Origin: an uncultured Nitrososphaerota archaeon
GTDB taxonomy: Archaea; Thermoproteota; Nitrososphaeria; Nitrososphaerales; Gagatemarchaeaceae
Direction of reading: 5' to 3'
Assembly: GCA_963718895.1 (NCBI GenBank)
Contig: CAVRAG010000007.1
Location: 224,001 to 288,000 of the forward strand
DNA length: 64,000 bases
The position numbers and the translations under genes were made by a program. Below the pieces are notes generated by a model. The model saw only the letters and a list, made by a program, of their open reading frames with translations, was not told where the DNA came from and ran no database searches. Of the stretch, positions 60,876 through 64,000 are shown piece by piece; positions within the stretch are counted from its first letter, which is position 1; every line of letters starts with the position of its first letter.

Positions 60876-61061
60876 TTGAGCGAGAAAAGGACCGATGAGA
60901 GGGACAAGGGAGAGGTCAAGCCCGAGGGAGAAGAGGAGAGCGAGGAGCTGGCCAAGGAGACCGAGGGGCAGGACCAGGAGATCAAGATCGAGAAGATAGA
61001 AGGCATGGAGACGGAGCACGAAAAGGCGAAGAGACGGAAGCGCGGAAACAACACCCAGTGA
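60876..61061 (+). CDS. Small highly charged hypothetical protein
   Basis: 61 aa, E/K-rich; TATA-like ATAAATA upstream. Confidence 0.55.
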   Translation: MSEKRTDERDKGEVKPEGEEESEELAKETEGQDQEIKIEKIEGMETEHEKAKRRKRGNNTQ

Positions 61062-61077
61062 GTCGAGCAGAGCAGGA

Positions 61078-62056
61078 TTGAACGGGAGGCGGAGCCCCGC
61101 CGTCAACAGCGCCCCGGCGGCGGGCGAGGAGACCTCCGGCGAAACCCTATTCTCGTCGAAGGGGCAGGGACAAGCCTTGGAAACAGCTCCCGCCGGGGGT
61201 TCGCTCTTCGTCGTAGGAAGGCTGGACGCAATCGCTCCGAGGGAGCAGAGGCGCGGGCACCGGGTCAGGGCGCGCAGGGGCGAGCTGCTGCTCGACTCCA
61301 CCTTCACCGACAGTTCGGGAAGGTTCCTAGTCGAGTGGAGAGACGACGGGCGCGGGGGAAGGACGGTCATAGAGCTGCTGGACTCAGCAGGGGAGGTCTC
61401 CGAGTCCGCGGAGCTGGCTCGCGACGGAACTCGACTCGCCGCCTGTCCTGGTCTTCTCAGGAAGGCGCGTCCTAGGCGCCCGCGTCCCAGTCGCCGACGC
61501 TCCCGCGGACCGCTTCGAGGCTGAGGGCGACGCCCCGATCTGCGTGGCCTCCGCGTGTCAGGAGGTCACACTCTCCTGGATCTCACCGCCGGGGACCCGG
61601 GTCGCGCTAATCTCGGGAGGGAAGGCGCTGCGTGACGGACTCGCTTCTCGTGGGTCGGTGAAGGTCGTGGCCACCCGGAGCACCAGGTACCTGAAGCGGG
61701 CCTGGCCGAGCGGGTCGGAGCCAGGGAGGCGCCTCGACCTGTCTGTGGAGGTCAGAAGGTATCCCTCGCTCTCACTCGTCATGGACGGGAACACCTTCAG
61801 GACAGCGAGCTCCGCCGAAATCGGGGCTTCGATCAGCTGCCCCGCCGGAGACGAGGGGCTCTCGGTGGAGGTCGCGAGCTCCGACCTCGGGATGGTCCCC
61901 CGCTTTGAAATCCGGATACCGCCGGGCTCCGTGTGGGGGAGCACGAGGGTCAGCCTGGGGAGAAACGATGGAACGGTCAAGGTCACCGGATCGGCGCCGG
62001 GATACGCAAGGGACGAGGTCACCTTCAACCTGCTCCCGACGGGACCTTCCTCCTGA
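61078..62056 (+). CDS. Hypothetical beta-rich (Ig/transthyretin-like) protein, probably frameshifted near 61430
   Basis: Two adjacent ORFs; TFTDSSGRF and VKVTGSAPGY motifs. Confidence 0.45.
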
Positions 62057-62144
62057 TCTACCGGACTCGGGCCAGGCAGAGGCGGACTCGTCACGCCGTC
62101 ACATTGATATCCCTGAGTCAACCCCGTGGACGTTCAGGACGAGG

Positions 62145-62219
62145 TGCCCCGGGTGGGATTTGAACCCACGTCGCTACCTCGAGAGGGTAACATGCTTGAC
62201 CGGGCTACACTACCGGGGC
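62145..62219 (-). tRNA. tRNA-Glu(CTC), no intron
   Basis: Acceptor GCCCCGG/CCGGGGC, anticodon stem TTACC/GGTAG, loop CT-CTC-GA, TTCAAAT. Confidence 0.96.
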
Positions 62220-62556
62220 CAGATGAGCGATGCCCCTTTACAGGTGAGGATTAAAACTTGTCACGCGGCGTCCAACATCCCCTTGGTCGAAGGGCAGACT
62301 CAGAAGGCAGGCCGGCGGTCGTCGACCATCTCGCCCGAGATCGAGGGCACCCATTGGCATTCGATTCGTAGGCCTCGGGGCAAGTGGCAAACGCACCCGG
62401 GGGGCTGACAAACGATCCTGCGCTGGCTCACACGGAGGAACAAACGACGCGGGTGGGAGCGTGGCCGCGACGGCGGAAGGCGTTCTACCCCCGGATATCA
62501 ATCGGGCGCGGCGAAAGACGGGGCAGAACAGCCCCCAAGAACGTAAAGAGCCCAGC

Positions 62557-62778
62557 CTAAGGCTTCAGAATGGCCTTCGCGGCGAGTTTCACGTCCGAGG
62601 GCTTCACGGTCTTCCTGCCTGCGTGCTTTGCCAGCTCTATCGCCTGCTTTGCAATCTGTGTCCCGACGTCCTCGAGAACCACGCGAAGCTCCACCGCCGC
62701 ATCATCCCCGACTCTGTCGGCGCCCGCCTTCTTTATCAGGCGGTAGACCGCAGCTAAACCAAACTCTGACTCAGACAT
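62557..62778 (-). CDS. Archaeal histone
   Basis: [12 protein letters not shown]...[14 protein letters not shown] histone fold. Confidence 0.96.
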   Translation of the reverse strand: MSESEFGLAAVYRLIKKAGADRVGDDAAVELRVVLEDVGTQIAKQAIELAKHAGRKTVKPSDVKLAAKAILKP

Positions 62779-62967
62779 ATGCTGTATTGACCTGCAGAGC
62801 GAATTATTAAACGTTTGGTGTAAAAACGTTTGCATCTCGGCTCCATTGCCGTGCGCCTGCATGATTCTCACCTCTTACAGCCAGAGGGGCAGAATATTGA
62901 GGAATAGCACTTCGGGAGAGTCGAAACACACCCGTAGGAATATATCGTCCGAGAGCAAAGGCGACTC

Positions 62968-63708
62968 ATGACGCTGGTCGACGCCCACGTACACCTCCCC
63001 GCATACGGGGCAGACAGAGGGCCGCTGAAAATCGCCCTGGAACGGTCGATGTGTCTCATCTCCTGTACCGTGAATCCATCCGAGGCGCGGGTTGGGGCGC
63101 GATTGAGGTCCGAGGCGCCCCACAACGTCAGGTCGTTCGTCGGGGTGCATCCCTCGGACGTCACTGGCGACCTGCCCAGTGTGGCGCTCGCCCCGTTCCT
63201 GGAGGGGTGCGACGGGATAGGTGAGATCGGCCTTGACGAGAAGTACTCGCCGACGTCCGAGGGGAGCGCCCAGATGAATTCGTTCCTGGACCAGCTTGGG
63301 GTGGCCGAGAGACTCGGCAAGCCGGTCCAGGTGCACAGCAGAGGCTCGGAGCAGAAGTGTCTCGAGATACTCGGCACGTTCAACCTCAGGCGGGTGGTGA
63401 TGCACTGGTTCGAGAGCGAGCCACTTGTCCCGGAGGTGATCGAGCGCGGATACTTCGTCTCGGTCGGACCTGCGGTACTGTACTCGAAGAAGATACGGAG
63501 AATCGCTCAGGGCATCCCCTTCGGTAGCATTCTGACCGAGAGCGATGGTCCCGTCGCCTTTGGGCCTCTGGGCGGGGCGAACGGGCCCGACCTCATTCCC
63601 AGTGTCCTCTTCTGTCTCGCGGGGCTCAGGAGGGAGAGCTACGGGGACTTGGAGAAGCAAGTCGAGGAGAACACCAAGAGGCTTCTCGGCGAGGAAAGGT
63701 TAATCTAA
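62968..63708 (+). CDS. tatD: TatD-family hydrolase
   Basis: DAHVH, GVHP, IGEIGLD, VHSR, HWF, ESDGP. Confidence 0.94.
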   Translation: MTLVDAHVHLPAYGADRGPLKIALERSMCLISCTVNPSEARVGARLRSEAPHNVRSFVGVHPSDVTGDLPSVALAPFLEGCDGIGEIGLDEKYSPTSEGSAQMNSFLDQLGVAERLGKPVQVHSRGSEQKCLEILGTFNLRRVVMHWFESEPLVPEVIERGYFVSVGPAVLYSKKIRRIAQGIPFGSILTESDGPVAFGPLGGANGPDLIPSVLFCLAGLRRESYGDLEKQVEENTKRLLGEERLI

Positions 63709-63735
63709 CCTCCTGCCGGGGCGCGCCTGCTAATA

Positions 63736-63948
63736 TTGGACAGAGTTCGCAGGATATCAGAGGAGATGGTTCAGAAGTTTCCGGAGGCTTTCGGAACCGA
63801 TTATCAGGCGAACAAGGATAAGCTCAACACGCTCGCCGTCGTGCACTCCAAGATGCTGCGGAACAAGATAGCGGGCTACATCACCAAGATGAACGGGAAG
63901 GCCGCTAGAGAGGAAGAAGAGGAAGCGGTCGAGCAGCCGGCCGAGTAA
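63736..63948 (+). CDS. rps17e: 30S ribosomal protein S17e
   Basis: FGTDYQANK...SKMLRNKIAGYIT. Confidence 0.95.
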   Translation: MDRVRRISEEMVQKFPEAFGTDYQANKDKLNTLAVVHSKMLRNKIAGYITKMNGKAAREEEEEAVEQPAE

Positions 63949-64000
63949 GATGTGGCAACCGCACGCGATGAGATCAATCTCAGGCTGAGACCGCTCTCCC

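Noticed and set aside
62265-62555. RNase P RNA, SRP RNA or metazoan-type histone stem-loop
   Set aside because: No GAGGAAAGUCC P4 motif or SRP helix-8 motif; GGCTCTTT after the histone stop lacks the pairing AGAGCC

Overview
High-GC archaeal chromosomal segment. Histone, Alba, Cdv/ESCRT-III with Vps4, L40e, S17e, TFB and BHB tRNA introns point to Nitrososphaerota/Thaumarchaeota, probably a non-ammonia-oxidising lineage (inference). It holds housekeeping genes (aspS, ileS, cysS, sucCD, dys, phoU, nusA-like, tatD, adenylate kinase), kdpABC, a K+-independent H+-PPase, a DUF929/VKOR disulfide pair, a NikR-linked cupredoxin/CtaG/ZIP cluster, an A1-type heme-copper oxidase operon, a cdvB-cdvB-cdvC cluster and three tRNAs (Val-CAC with two non-canonical introns, Cys-GCA, Glu-CTC). 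Best candidates for undescribed biology: (1) a divergent Tad/Flp-like pilus locus joined to a HerA/VirB4-like ATPase and flanked by a TFB paralogue; (2) an oxidase subunit II fused to a blue-copper domain whose 288 bp are copied exactly in a separate gene; (3) a free-standing double-LAGLIDADG endonuclease behind tRNA-Cys. Many genes, including essential ones, are split by single indels, most likely long-read errors. All calls are from reading motifs by eye; no database searches were run.
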